A stretch of DNA of 64,000 bases. Source: Klebsormidium nitens. Taxonomy: Eukaryota > Plantae > Klebsormidiophyceae. Below, piece by piece: positions 1 to 12,675 of the stretch. The stretch covers positions 1-64,000 of the forward strand of contig DF237383.1 of assembly GCA_000708835.1 (NCBI GenBank), read 5' to 3'. The notes below the pieces were generated by a model. The model was given only the letters and a program-made list of their open reading frames with translations. It did not search any database and was not told the origin of the DNA. Both the position numbers and the translations under genes were made by a program. Each line of letters opens with the position of its first letter. The first letter of the stretch is position 1.

Positions 1-3000
1 GGCTCTAGATCCGGATCTGATCAGAAGCCAGATCCTTCTTTCTTTTCTGTGCTGCTTTTCGGAAGAGTCAGCATGGATGGAGACCTCTCCTCTCCTCGGA
101 GATTAGGCTTGCCAAAAAATAGGAAAATCTATTTATCAGACCCCTGTGAATCTTTCCGGCTGTCAGTCAACAAGGTCGTCTAGAGTTGTCGAGATCGTGC
201 ACTGTTTGAAGAAAGGTATCGCAGCTTTACTTAAGCTCGTGATGTGGATAAACAGGTGGACGAAGCGAAGTGAGCTGACGTGGCCTTCTTGGCTCGGCAG
301 GCTTGTTGATTGCAGTGTCAATCACCTTCTTTACAATCTTTGCCGGCGTTTTCAACTCTGGAACGAATTCCAGAGCGTGCAGTAAATCTGCAAAGATGCC
401 CACTTATTGGAAGCGAGTCAGATGGATTGAAACTTTTTCAAGAGGTAACTCTTCGCGTCCACCAGGAAAAGATATGCGGAGATTTTCGGAGCCCTTCTGA
501 TCCAAAAGGACGACGCCTTCTTCATGCAAAGCTCTGATTCGTTCGAGTGCAGTGCTGGCAGTGTCGTGCTCACGGTTTGCAAGCGCCTAAGTATCATGGG
601 TATGCAAAATAATATGGCGGAAGAATCCATCAGAAATCTCCTTATTGTGTTTTTTGATGTGTTGGAAGAGGTCAAACTCCGAAAGCTTGATCTTCTTGGC
701 TCGAAGAGCTTGTCGTGAAAATGGCAATGAGGCCGCCTGGGAGTTCTCTCAAATGAGATCGGTAGGCAAGCTGGGTACCGAGGCCACTCATATGTTTCTG
801 TCACCTGTCTCCCCGAGCAAAGTGGTCTGTCCTAGTACGTGACATAGGCGTCGACAGCAGCTTGGCAGAAGTTACTAGCTTTTATCGGATTGTTCGAAGT
901 CGTTCGCAATTTGTTAGTCAGGAAACAGATGCAGTCGCAAGTTGGCCATGAATGCAAGTGTATGAGGTCTTAACCTCAGCGACGAGACGCTTGAAATGTA
1001 AGGAGCCATTGAGCGTCTGCACAGGCTATCGTACTCTGCGCGTTTCGGTTTAATTTGCGCTGTGTCTCAAATGATTAGAATGCTTAACGGTAAGGAGTTT
1101 GAAAGACAAAATGGGCTGGGGCCTGACACGCTTCCCATACACTCGTTGCTTGTTCGTTTGCGTCTCGAAGTTAACCGTGAGCTTCAGATATTTTGCTCGC
1201 TTCAGCGTCTGATTCGTTAGCCCTACGACTATGCGACCTCGGCTGTATTTAGAAAGACCCAGATCCTGAAGGAGGTCAATCAGGAGCTCTTACCTACGTT
1301 AATTTTGAAGGCTTGTCAAAATCAAGCCAGTAAAAATCTGGCTTTGAGACATGGGCTCCGGGAAACGGTGACTGGATAATCTCTCGAGCCGGATCCCAGT
1401 CGGTTCTTATGCATTCGACCGAAGGCTTTTCTAGAGGCGTGATTCTATGATACTGCCTCTTATTCTTTGTTGATATCGAAAGTGATCATTGGGGCTCGAC
1501 GCTAGTGTTGACGGGCGATGATGGGGCCCTTGTTCCGAGGATCCATGATTCCCCAGACGTGTGTAAGTTGGGGTCCACTCTTTGAGGCCGCAGACTAACT
1601 TTTGTCTCAGCGGTAACCCTGAAACTTAGTCCTCGACAGCGATCAGGAGGATGATGCAACTCGGATTGACATCTGACGCTCTCGTGCAGCTACGGGAGCC
1701 AGAGTAGGGTGGTAAGCGGTGTATTTTATCTCATGATTCGCAAGCCAATCAAGCTGGGCACGTGGCTGACCAGCGGCTGCGCCTGCGCGGCCGCGTCTCC
1801 CTTCGCGGCCGCGCGCCATTCCACGCAGCCGGCCGCGCTCCCTCGCGGACGCGCGTTGACCGCAAACGCGCGAAGCTCGTTTGGGCGCGCGCCCTTGCGA
1901 CTCTTCATTGGGCTCCTGTGCGGAACTTGCCCACCTCAGGTTGCGCCGGACCAGCACCGCCTTTCCGGGCTGGCGGCAACAGACCGGAAAGGCGGAGTCT
2001 TTGTGGGCCGGAACCAGGGCGCCGGGATCTTCCTTGCGGAATATTATTGAACTGATGGGCTCGGTGATTCAATTCTGTCATCTTCGCTTTCGGCCCTCGG
2101 TTGTCTGGCGAGTCGTGTAAGCGACGTTTCGTGCTTGTACGTAGGTCACTAAGTGTCCTCGCGCCCCACTAGCTGTATATGCCGTGTAAATTTCTCTGAC
2201 CATGATGGAGATACCGCAGTAAGGACCCTGAGTCTTGAAGTAGAAAGCCCCATAAAAGCCGCCCGCGCGGATATCTGGAGGGCAGTATTTAATTGACGCA
2301 GACGCCAGACTTTTCCTCATGGTGCTCCAAGCCGAGTTCTTGGAGGCCAATTCAGTTCCTCACAATTCGATGCATCAGGACTAATGATATTCTCCGTTCT
2401 TCCAATGGAAAGAGTAGCATCAAAGCTCTAAGCCGCGTGCAGTACTTGCCTGAGTTCAAGTGGTCGAGGGTAAATGTCGAAGTTTGCGGCAACGGGCTGC
2501 AGCTACTTTTCCTACCGTCTCAAGGTACATTCAACAAGCTCATAATATCCTTTTCTTCAGGTTACCTTCTGGGCCGAAGGAGAGAGGAAGCGGAAAAAGA
2601 TCAAAGGACGCCGACCCTTTGGGGAATTGCACTGATTCGCAATAGGTGGCATCGGAAAGGCTGCACTTGTGGCGAGTCTCTGATGGCGTTGAAGCTCGCT
2701 CGGGTTGACTAAGCGATGAATTATGCCAGATCTCAGGAGCAAAATTAAGCATCGTTTTGAGATCACCACAGATTGGAAAGAGTTAGGCGCTGACATAGCC
2801 AAGTTTGCAATTGATAAGGTTCAAGTTTGTCAGTGGCAATAATCTGAAGAGATCATGTAGGAGAACAGACCCCGCTTTTACACAAGACCGTAATCTCATC
2901 AGTAAACGCAGAGTAAGGAGATGCGCAGCCAGATCCTGTGCAGTAACTCTAGACTTTCGAGTGAAGTCGGCGATCGCTTGGAGGCACTGCCCGGCCGCAT

Positions 3001-4600
3001 GGAAAAGTCCTTGAGTTGAGGTGCTCGTCGATGGGCTATTATACTGTGCTTCAATCTTGTTGTATGCATACATGGCGGCCAGGCCACTCTTGGCCATCCA
3101 ATCCTTGACCTGATCATGAACCTATTTATCTCGTAACAGCATCGAAGCCAGAAAAGCAGTGGAAATGTTTGGGTCCGAGCAGCCGCGCGCAATTTATATA
3201 ACATCAGCCAGACTACCATGATTCGGGGAAGCGTACAACTGACCATGGCCAGCTGGAGGGTTATGCGTACTGGAACGTATGATTGCGGCACTACTCTACC
3301 GAACGCCTGTCATCCGACGGCCACTATAAGTCTCCAATTAACCATCCTGCACCAAGCTCGACTGATGGCTTGAGACGCATTAAATTGCATTCCAAGGATC
3401 ACTCCTTCGAACTGCAATCGGATCTATTCAAGAAGTCGGATCATAATTAATGACGCATGGATGGAAACAATATGTATGCATGCCATGCTAGGAAGCGGCC
3501 ATCATGGCACGTCATGGTGGCCCATGACGGAACGTATACGGTATGTCGATATATGGCTAGCTCAGGCTAACCGCGCCGCGCTACATGTACACAGCTAGCC
3601 TTATATATTCGTGCAGATGTATTAACAAATGAATCTTGAATACATACCCATATCAAGCTCCATACACATCCCAGGGCGCTCAGTCGCATCGACAAGACTA
3701 ACTGTTGCGCTCCTACTTGTCGAAGCGGGGGCCGGCCTGCCGGGCATCGACAATCAACTACCGTCACATGTGCAACGGCGGCTTGATGCGGTGGACTCGC
3801 GTGCAAAACGGATCGAGAAGATGCGCATGGTGGGAAAATGTTGGATTCGTTGGCTGAGCTCAGCAGCAGGCTTCACCGTGACAGTGGCACCATGTGTGAC
3901 ATATATATACGTTCGTGCCAAAAGCCCGGTGCTCAGCTAGCCTAGCAGGTGATTGAACGGATTGAGTTCCATGAAGACTACCACCCATGAACGTGGCAGT
4001 GCGGGCCCGGCTTCGCGATAACACCGTCAGTCAGGACAACACAATGCCTGGCAGGATTCAACCGGGGCGCCAAGCCGATATGGAACTACGAAGTTGGTGA
4101 AGCCTTGAAAAGAAGACAACATTGCGGTGCCCACTAAAAGTTGGATCTGTGGATGGAGTAATAAGAGTACAGGAACTACAAAGATACGTCCTGTTCAGAG
4201 TGACAAGCATTTTGAAATGGAAACCTATCAACTGCCTACAAGTACCAACTCTCGCACCGAACCCCCAGCAAGCAGCTCCTCTATTCAACCCTTCAAACCG
4301 GAGACACTTTCCATAACCCCTGTCCCCCAAATATCTGCTGCTGCCCCCCCATCGAGTCCGCTTTCTTGTTTCATGGCGCATGGAACAAGCACCGACCAGG
4401 GACTTGCCCATCACGACTGTCGCAACAAAACCACACTGCGGCGCACTGCGCCAACGACCAACCCCCATCGCCAAACGTGTCCTACCAAGCTAACGCTGTC
4501 GTACGCTTCTCCTCCTCTCAAAAACGAGTGCAAAAGCACCCGTGCGAACCGCGAAGGTTTCTCTGTCTGGTGTACTGCAGATGCGACGGGCGGGGTTTGT

Positions 4601-7600
4601 CTATCCTGCGGTGGCCTTTCTCTTTCCGACCCTAGCTACGAAACCGGCCTTGATGGGCGCGACCGAGCGCGACGAGCCGCACTGTTCGCACCGCAGGAAG
4701 AACAGCCGGTTCTCCTTGGACAGAATGGTGTCGGGACTCTTGCACCCGTTGCACATGACGTACTCGTCTGCAAACAAACGTTGATTGACTGTTAGACGAC
4801 AGAGCTGCGTGCTTGAACTCTAAGACCGTACTAGTTCGTCAAACCCAAACGAAGTCAGAAGTTCCACTCGCCTGCTGACCACAGCAAACTAAAGCCCAGT
4901 TCTTTCCGCCTCAAGGGACCTCTCACCTCGAGGAACGACGACATAGACGCCTGTGCTTGCGCAACACTTCTATTGAGTTAGGAAGCTCCTTAAATAGAAA
5001 AACTTATCGTATTTATTTATCCTCTTGACAACAACGCCGCCAGACTGCTGCGAAAAGTATCACAAGTCAACCCAATCCGGGAAGCCCTTGGACCCGAAGT
5101 GAGCAAGCACTCAACCAATAACAGCAACGAAGCTCCAAGCGAAAAAAAGTTACACAAACAGCACCGTAAAGGAGATACGGTAGGAGGGATTGACGGCCAG
5201 ACTACTTACTGACATACCGCCGCAGGACTCCCTCAAAGACCTTGGGCAGGAAACGGCCCTTGACGACGAGGCGCTGCTGCCCGTCGAGGGAACCGCTCGT
5301 CCCCAGCTCCGCCAACAGGAAGGCCATCACGTGCTCCGGCTGACGATGCATCCTGCAGACAGACAGGGAGGCGACATTGAGCGTCAAAACGCAGTCCGCA
5401 GGGCTCTTCCAGTTATAGTGGTGTGGTTCTGAGGGGAACACTACAGGCGGAAAAGGAAGCGATCGAGTGTCACACTGATTTTCGCCTGCTTTCATTCGTA
5501 GCCCTTGAGGTGGTGCGGTTCTAAGGGATCCCTGCCTCGAGGGCGATACCCACATTGCTTCGCATCTTAGGGAGAAGAGGGAACAAAGCAAAGGCTTTCC
5601 TAACAAGGTAACGAACGCTTCCTACCGTAAGTACAGGCGGAAATTGTGCGCAATATGCGGAACCTTTTCGGCGAATCGATCACGTGGATAGCCCAAAAAG
5701 CTCGAGTTCGAAGAAACACAATTGGCTATGAAAGGAAAGGCAAGGGAATTGAACCAACAAAAGAAGCTCAATCTGCACGGGCAGCTCCCACAGGATGGAC
5801 AGATAGAGAACGCGAGCACCGCGTCGCTTCGGTGTCTTTTCGTACCATGTCGCGCCCTCGCGAAAAACCTGATTCTGTCCATATTTTTGCGGCAAGTTGC
5901 AGCTTCATGCGAGCCCTGCTCGGCCTGCAACCTGTCAGACATCACACTACGAAACACCACTCGTGCAAGCTGCGATACCCGCAGATAGCTAAAAAGTCGA
6001 AGACTTTGAGCAACTCACGTTTTGCAGAGGTCGGTGAAGTTGGCAAAGACGGTCTTCTTGGTCCCTTCCCGCAGCACCTGCGGCGGCTTCATGATGGTCC
6101 GCCGCTTCTCGCCCGCCAGCTCAGGGTTGTTCTCACGAAGAATGCCGAACACGCGGTCCAGCAGCTGCAAGCGGACCAAGGGTTAAGGGTCGCTTATGTC
6201 AAACTAGTGTACGCATTCGCCTATCAGCACTTATGACCGTTTGAAAAGGGCGAGGAGTAAACACGGGGGCCAGCAGCTGCGATAGGAGGTGGCAACCGAT
6301 GGGACGGGACTCCTTGACGGGACTCGGTCTCAATATCACGTGGCAGAACGAGCGGGTTGCGCAAAGCCCACCAAAAGAGGTAACGCCGCTACTTTTCAGG
6401 AAGGAGAAAAGGATGCAAATCGCGCGGTCCAGCTGCTGCGAGCGAGTTGGACTCCGAAGCTTGAGTGAGAGACGGTGAGAGCGACGGCCTGCTTAGGTCG
6501 AGCGTGACGTCAAATGGGCTGTCCAGGAGCTGCGTTATGTAATCAATTGTGGAAAGAGCGGGTTTGCACAAAGAGCGGGTTTGCACAAAGCAAGGTCATA
6601 CGATAACATGCAGAGCACCGGTCCAAAAAGAGCGTCCGATGGAGGCAAACTCTACAAACTGCCATTTAAACGACAAAGAGGAAGCAAGGGCCCATTGCTA
6701 AGCCTTGCGCAGCCTTATGTTGGTTTTTATTTGTTTCTCAAGAATGCTGGGAGGACTTCTTACCTCCTCATACTTGTAATCGCGATCCGTGCCCTCCCAG
6801 GGGTACTTCTTCGTCGGCTCCTCTTCTTCCTCATCATCCTCATCCTCGTGATCGGCCCCTCCCTCCTCTGCCCAATAAGAAAAGGCAAGTCAGTCTTTTG
6901 CAGAGAAGCGACCAATCCATTCTGATCGAGCTCATTGCAAGAACGAGCAGTGGCACTGCTGTCAAAGTCTGATTAGTGCCGAACGAAAGCGATTCAGTCC
7001 TTTCTTCCGATTGATACCAGTACTGCTAGAACAAGCGGAAAGACTGCGAATCAGCCAAAACGGGCGTTGAGAAAAACTGGGACCTCGACCTCCATTTTGC
7101 GTAGAATTATTGTGAAGAAAGCCGGCCCCTCTCTCCTCTGCCGTCAGAAAGCTAGTCAATCTTTCCTTTGACTGCCTACCAAGATTGCCAAAGAATGCAG
7201 AACTACTCCGTTCAAAGTCCAAACAGCGGCGAACAAACAGCCAAGGCCTCAAATTTTACATGGTGCAAAAGAGTCGTTGATGGAATCTTGCAAACGTGCA
7301 TGACAATCCTCACAAGACTGAAGCTTTCAAGATTCACGAGGTTGAGAAGGGTCCGACTTCTGTAGTAGGTCCCCTCTACGGAACTTTGTTCCCTTCCGTC
7401 CAATTCAATCAGATACCAAAATCCATAACCAAATAACAACTGTTGAAAACTTTTCTCTACAGGCATCACCAGCAGCCCCGTTCGAGCTTCAAGGTGGAAG
7501 GGAAACCCTGGAAAGGCATCGTCATTCTGGCCTTCTACTCTCAAGCTGGGGCCCTCAGTCTCAAAAGGTAACCACACCTGACTGCTCAGGACACAGCGTT

Positions 7601-10020
7601 TGCTCAGCAGATTGAGCAGGCCTGGGCAACATCATCGTTGTGCAACATCAATGTCCTGGGGACAGAACCTGACACTAGTAGCTCATATCCATTATGTGCA
7701 TTTACGGGGCTAGCAATTGAGGCAGCCTTTGACTTTCCCCGGAGTCTGGCAATACCTCGGAGTTGGCCCTTAGAGTCACTGCGGGGCTGGAAAGTCCCTA
7801 CCAGTTCTTCCGCTCGTGCATGGAATTCTGAGATGTATCTCTGGAACTCTTACGATGTGCCAAAAGAACCGATTTTTGGCAAAAGAGTAAACTTGGTATC
7901 CAGATTGCTCACCATCGTGCGCATCTTCCCCTTCCGGGGCAGCCTCCTCATCCTCCGTATGCGTCTTCTTCTTCTTCTTCTTCTTTAGAGGCAGCGAAAA
8001 CGTGGATGTCGTCACCTCCGCATCCCCCTCCGCATCCTCGCCCTCGTTCTCTTCCGGAGCCTCGTCCCCGACCTAAGAGTTCAGTTCACAGGTTAGCATA
8101 TAATCACAAACAGGGGAGAACGACAAACGTTCACCTTATCATGTCGGGGAGAGTGGAAGACCGAAGAATGACAATAAAGGACGAGTGCATGGAATGGGTT
8201 TAGAGTTCAGATCTACTTTTGAGTACTGGTACCAGTATCAGAGTTCAAATAAGTTTGTTCATGATTACAGGAGACCTATGTGTTGGTGTAAAGAGCAATT
8301 GGAATGCTTGGATGACGCTTAAGGTACATCAGCGAATCACAACTAATATCTTGACCCGAGAACTTGAATAGCATGGTGGCGGAACTGGCACCGATTGCTC
8401 ACTGCTGAGTGCTTCTTATTGGCGCTTTTGTTTGCATGGATAAAGAAGTCAGCAATTGGGATCTTCCCTCGGTCTCGCCTCTCAACTTACAGTGATGAAA
8501 ACCAGACTGAGCAGCAGGAACTTCCATACTTACGGGCTTCTTCTTCTTTTTCTTCTTCTTCAGACCGGCGAAGGAGTCCCCATCCCCGTTGGCTGCCACC
8601 TCCTCCTCACCAACTGCACAGCAACAAGTCAGGATCAGCAAAAAAAATCCTGCGAAAAATATTTGATTCATTATTACACCCAAACCTTTCCGAAGAAGCA
8701 AACCCGCCAGACCGACCGGAGACACAAGCTGCGGCAATAAATGAGAGTCATCCAAGGACCGTATCACCTAATCCATGAACCCAAGAAATCAAGTTGCAAT
8801 GAAGTCAAGCAGTTCAGCACAAACGCAAGCGTCTCAAAACTCACAGCAAGAGTACATGACTTTATGCCCAGCATGCCAGCCCCCTGCACTGCTCCCAAGG
8901 TCAGTTTGAATTTCACCATTCACAATCAGCCACCAAACACAATCAGCCAACAGCATTTCGCAAGGTCTCCATCCGCTAGCAAGTAACCATACAACCTGCT
9001 TATAAAAAACATAACAGCCCAGACAGAAACTTGCCATTCAAGTTCTCCATCTTCTCCGCCACCCCGTCCGCTTCCTCGTCCTCTGCGATTCTGACCTTCT
9101 TCTTCTTCTTCTTCTTGGAGGGATCAAAGACGCCAAGCTGCACCAGAAAGTCAAAATGGATTGTCAGAAGCAAGCTCGCATCCCTGACGTCAATATCCCT
9201 CAGCACTGGCACTCCCAGCCTAGTTCCTGGTGGAAATATGGTAATGGTGAACTTCACAGGTTAGGGTTTCTATGTAACTTGACCAGAAAATCTCCGTTTG
9301 AAAAATAAAACTTGCATTGCAGAACCTCCTAAAACCACCTCCAACAATTGCTGGGATTTACATTCTGTCGCAGCTGTGCCTCCACGAAGTTGCCTGCAAT
9401 GCAGACACTTGACCATAGGAAGCGATATCTTAACGGCAGCCGCAACCAGTTCCCACTTCAAGCGGGGTGCCACTAAAGATTGTTCAAAACAACCAGATCA
9501 TCTCAATCGGCCCCCAGTGTGAGCGGTGCAAGTAAGATGTTTGCACACTGCACCAGATGCAACACTGCCAACAGCTCCCTTTTCTGTCATTGCTGATAAA
9601 ACACGAAACCAATGACTATGAACGAGGTGGTTGTATATAGAAACTAATGGATCTTTATGAAGGTGACGGCTTCCAACTCACAGCAATTCATTCGTGAGTT
9701 GCTGATATCACAAATGGCGCCAAAGACCCAACGACACTCGTCAAGGGTCAGGGCCAGAAGCTAGCATATGTACTATTCTTATGCATAACCATATCTCCAA
9801 TCTGCAATCAATTCCTTCACTTGCAAAGAAACCTAGAAAGGAGGCACCACCAGACAAGTCAGCCGTAGAAGTACCAAATCTGCCCATGATCCAAAGTACG
9901 CTCAATAAACCATTACCAGCAGAGAAGATGCTACCACGCCAAAACGTACGAATGAAGCAAAAGGCTTACATCCTCCTTCTCCGCTTTGACTTCCACCTCT
10001 TCCTTCACTTCGTCACCCAT
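4601..10020 (-). CDS. EIF2S2: Translation initiation factor eIF2 beta subunit, 8 exons (10020-9970, 9137-9035, 8613-8534, 8072-7913, 6867-6764, 6164-6019, 5352-5210, 4767-4601), 317 aa
   Basis: Exons join in phase. The protein has three poly-Lys boxes, [54 protein letters not shown] and the C-terminal Zn ribbon CNGCKSPDT...LRCEQC. Intron 2 has a GC donor. Confidence 0.97.
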
Positions 10021-10842
10021 AGTGACCGCGTTACTTACACGAGGGGGCTTCCCTTGCGGTTTCAAAGTTTCCCTTCTACGTTCTTCACAACTGCACGATG
10101 AACTGGTTACAATCAGATGCCCATGATCAACCCCCTTGAGGGTGAACGCAACGTGACGTCCTGCTGTCGCGCCTTTCTCAAATCCTTGAAATTACCTTTT
10201 CAAACTTAAAGTCGGGACTCGGGAGTCGGAGAAAGCGCGGCCTAGCTCATAGCGGCATAAACAAACGAGGTGTGGGGCAAAATTGTCTCTGCAAGTTTCG
10301 ATCTCACTGTGAGTAAGCGAGTGAGTCACTCAGTGAGTGAGAGAGTGAGTGAGTGAGCTCTCGACGCATCTCGTCCATCGAGAGTGTTCCAAAAGTTTTC
10401 AGGAAGAACTTCTGCATCCTCGATGGTCTGTCTTGATCGTAAAACAGGCATCATCAACCGTCCGATGAACCCCGCGTTTCACAAGCCATATGTAAGAGCG
10501 GAGGCAGCTTCCGTGCAAGCAGCCCGCCAGGTGTTCACGATTTGGGGAGGGGATTGCTGAGTGCTCAGAGTTCGATGTGACGTCTGCATTCACCAATACC
10601 TTCTCAGAAGGCCAGCCCCCAGGATCAGCTAAGCTCTAGCTACGGCTATGGCGGTCAGAGGCGCCATGCTTTGTGCTGGCTGCTCGAGGTAACAATGGGG
10701 CTCCGGGACAATCCTTGTAGTTCTTCCCCACGAGTCTACAAATTTGAAGCAACTTTGAAGTGGCGGTGCACGAACCGTGAAGGGCAGCACTTGGGAGCAT
10801 TTGGGAGCATAGCAATTGGGGCAGTCCTACTAGCTGGCCATC

Positions 10843-12675
10843 ATGAATCAGTTCACAGACGACGTCTTGCGCCACATCTTTGGTCGCCTGAGCTCCCCGG
10901 AAGCTCAAGCGGCATGCGCCCAGACCTGCAAGAGTTGGAATAGACTGGAGCGTGAAGCCAGGCGTGTAATCCATCTCAATGCAGCTGCTGGCATACTTCC
11001 CGCGCAGTTCCAATGCTCCTACCCGGGGCAATGGGTTTCTTTCACGCTGGCTGACAGTGCCCCCGTCATTGTGGAACCAGATTACAAGACTTTCAGCCTG
11101 GAAAGCTTCGGGCACAGCGCGGATCCTTGGCTCGACGTGCTGGGGTTCAAGGTGTCGCTGACATCGCTCACACTGGAGAATGTCCACGTCAGCCACGGGG
11201 CGCTGGCGGCTTTCCTCCGCCGACGAGGGGGCACTCTGAGGCACCTCCGGTTAGAAAGTGTTTCAGGGGTTGATGGCGCAGCGATGGGGTTGATCGCTGA
11301 GCACTGTCATAAGCTGGAATCTCTTGCCGTGGGCTTAGAGCTTGGCTCGAGTTTTTCCTGGGCCACACACTTCTTGTTGTCTCCTTCCAAGGGATCCCTC
11401 ACTGGCCTCTCATCCAGCGACTGGAACACTGCCCCACCCGCTCTGGTTGCCCCGCTGATCTCAGCCTTCTCAGGTCTCCAGAGCATCGACCTTTCCAGCG
11501 TGGAGATGTGGTTCTTCCAGAAGGATGGGAGCAGGATCTTCGCGGCAGTGGCAGGGCTGCCAAAGTTGACGACGCTCAAGCTCCCCTTTGCAATCGGTCA
11601 GCAGGACCTGTTGCTGTTCCAGTCAGTCCTCCTGCAAGTTTCCAAGCTCGAGTTGTTTGACGCTGAGGGTTTCGCGCAAGTGGCCCCCAGTCTCTCCTAC
11701 CTCGTAGAGCTCAGCGCGTTTGGGTCGCTAGAGAGGTATCGCCAAATAGGCCTGCGCTGCAAACGGCTTCAGACGGTTTCATTCCAGTCACAGGACGGGG
11801 AGACTGCACCAGTAGAACTGCGAGGGTTGCAATCTGTTCTGTTGGGGTGCAAGCGATTGCAGGAGCTTTCGTTGAGCGACCTGGACTTGGGGGAAATGCA
11901 TGCCGCGCACGAGATCGCGGCGATCACTGACGAGTTGTCGAGGTTAAGGGCCCTTAGGTTAGGCTGGTACTGTCACAGTCGTCCCATAGCGGTAGAACGC
12001 AGGAACACGTGTCAGATTCTAGAGAGCTGTGCAAATCTGACGCACCTTGAGTTGTCGTTTGCTTCCGAGTCCCATTCGCGCGACCAGGAGCTGGAGTCAG
12101 TGTCGCAGACGTGTAGATCGCTGCGTCATCTCAAGGTGGAGCGAGTTGGAAGCTCGGACCGCAGTCTGGCTATGATAGCGGTTAACTGCAAGGAGTTGGT
12201 TAGCTTAACCCTGGTCCAGGTAGCGGTGGGAGACGTGGCAGTAGCGGCCATTGCACGCCACTGTAAGAACTTGAAGAGCCTACGGCTGGTGGACAGCAAG
12301 CTGTCAAAGTTCGGCGTCTCAGAGCTGGCGGCGGGCCTCCCCAGTCTAGTTACGTTGACCCTGGAGAGGAAACAGAAGGCGGTGCACCATGTAGCTGGGA
12401 CATTCCGTCAGCAGCGCTTCATGCACCTTCCTCAGAGCGTGAAGCGGCCGTTTGACAAGATTGGGAGCCAGTTCACGAAGGCGAGGCCGCTCTGGGTGGC
12501 GGAGAGCTACGCGGGGGTGCACAGGGCGAGCTTGGTGGCTTACCCGGTGCTGATGTCAGGGAAGCTTTCCTGGAGCGACTGTGCGGAGGGGGACAGCAGG
12601 AGCTGGCGCACGGATCCAAGCAGGACGGTGGTCTTTGGTCCGTATGAGACGGCTGTTGTAAATAAGAACAAGTAA
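10843..12675 (+). CDS. Intronless F-box/LRR protein, TIR1/AFB/COI1-like, 610 aa
   Basis: Single 610-aa ORF. F-box FTDDVLRHIF...TCKSWNRLEREARRVI, followed by LRR segments resembling TIR1/COI1 (GHSADPWL, LRHLRLESVSGVDGAAMGLIAEHCHKL, GLQSVLLGCKRL, LELSFASES). Family match is from remembered sequences. Confidence 0.8.
   Translation: MNQFTDDVLRHIFGRLSSPEAQAACAQTCKSWNRLEREARRVIHLNAAAGILPAQFQCSYPGQWVSFTLADSAPVIVEPDYKTFSLESFGHSADPWLDVLGFKVSLTSLTLENVHVSHGALAAFLRRRGGTLRHLRLESVSGVDGAAMGLIAEHCHKLESLAVGLELGSSFSWATHFLLSPSKGSLTGLSSSDWNTAPPALVAPLISAFSGLQSIDLSSVEMWFFQKDGSRIFAAVAGLPKLTTLKLPFAIGQQDLLLFQSVLLQVSKLELFDAEGFAQVAPSLSYLVELSAFGSLERYRQIGLRCKRLQTVSFQSQDGETAPVELRGLQSVLLGCKRLQELSLSDLDLGEMHAAHEIAAITDELSRLRALRLGWYCHSRPIAVERRNTCQILESCANLTHLELSFASESHSRDQELESVSQTCRSLRHLKVERVGSSDRSLAMIAVNCKELVSLTLVQVAVGDVAVAAIARHCKNLKSLRLVDSKLSKFGVSELAAGLPSLVTLTLERKQKAVHHVAGTFRQQRFMHLPQSVKRPFDKIGSQFTKARPLWVAESYAGVHRASLVAYPVLMSGKLSWSDCAEGDSRSWRTDPSRTVVFGPYETAVVNKNK

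Noticed and set aside
4127-4795. 222-aa plus-strand ORF
   Set aside because: Antisense to eIF2-beta exon 8 and its 3' UTR, with no recognisable domain.
7960-9120. (CTT)n microsatellites
   Set aside because: They are the coding poly-Lys boxes of eIF2-beta.
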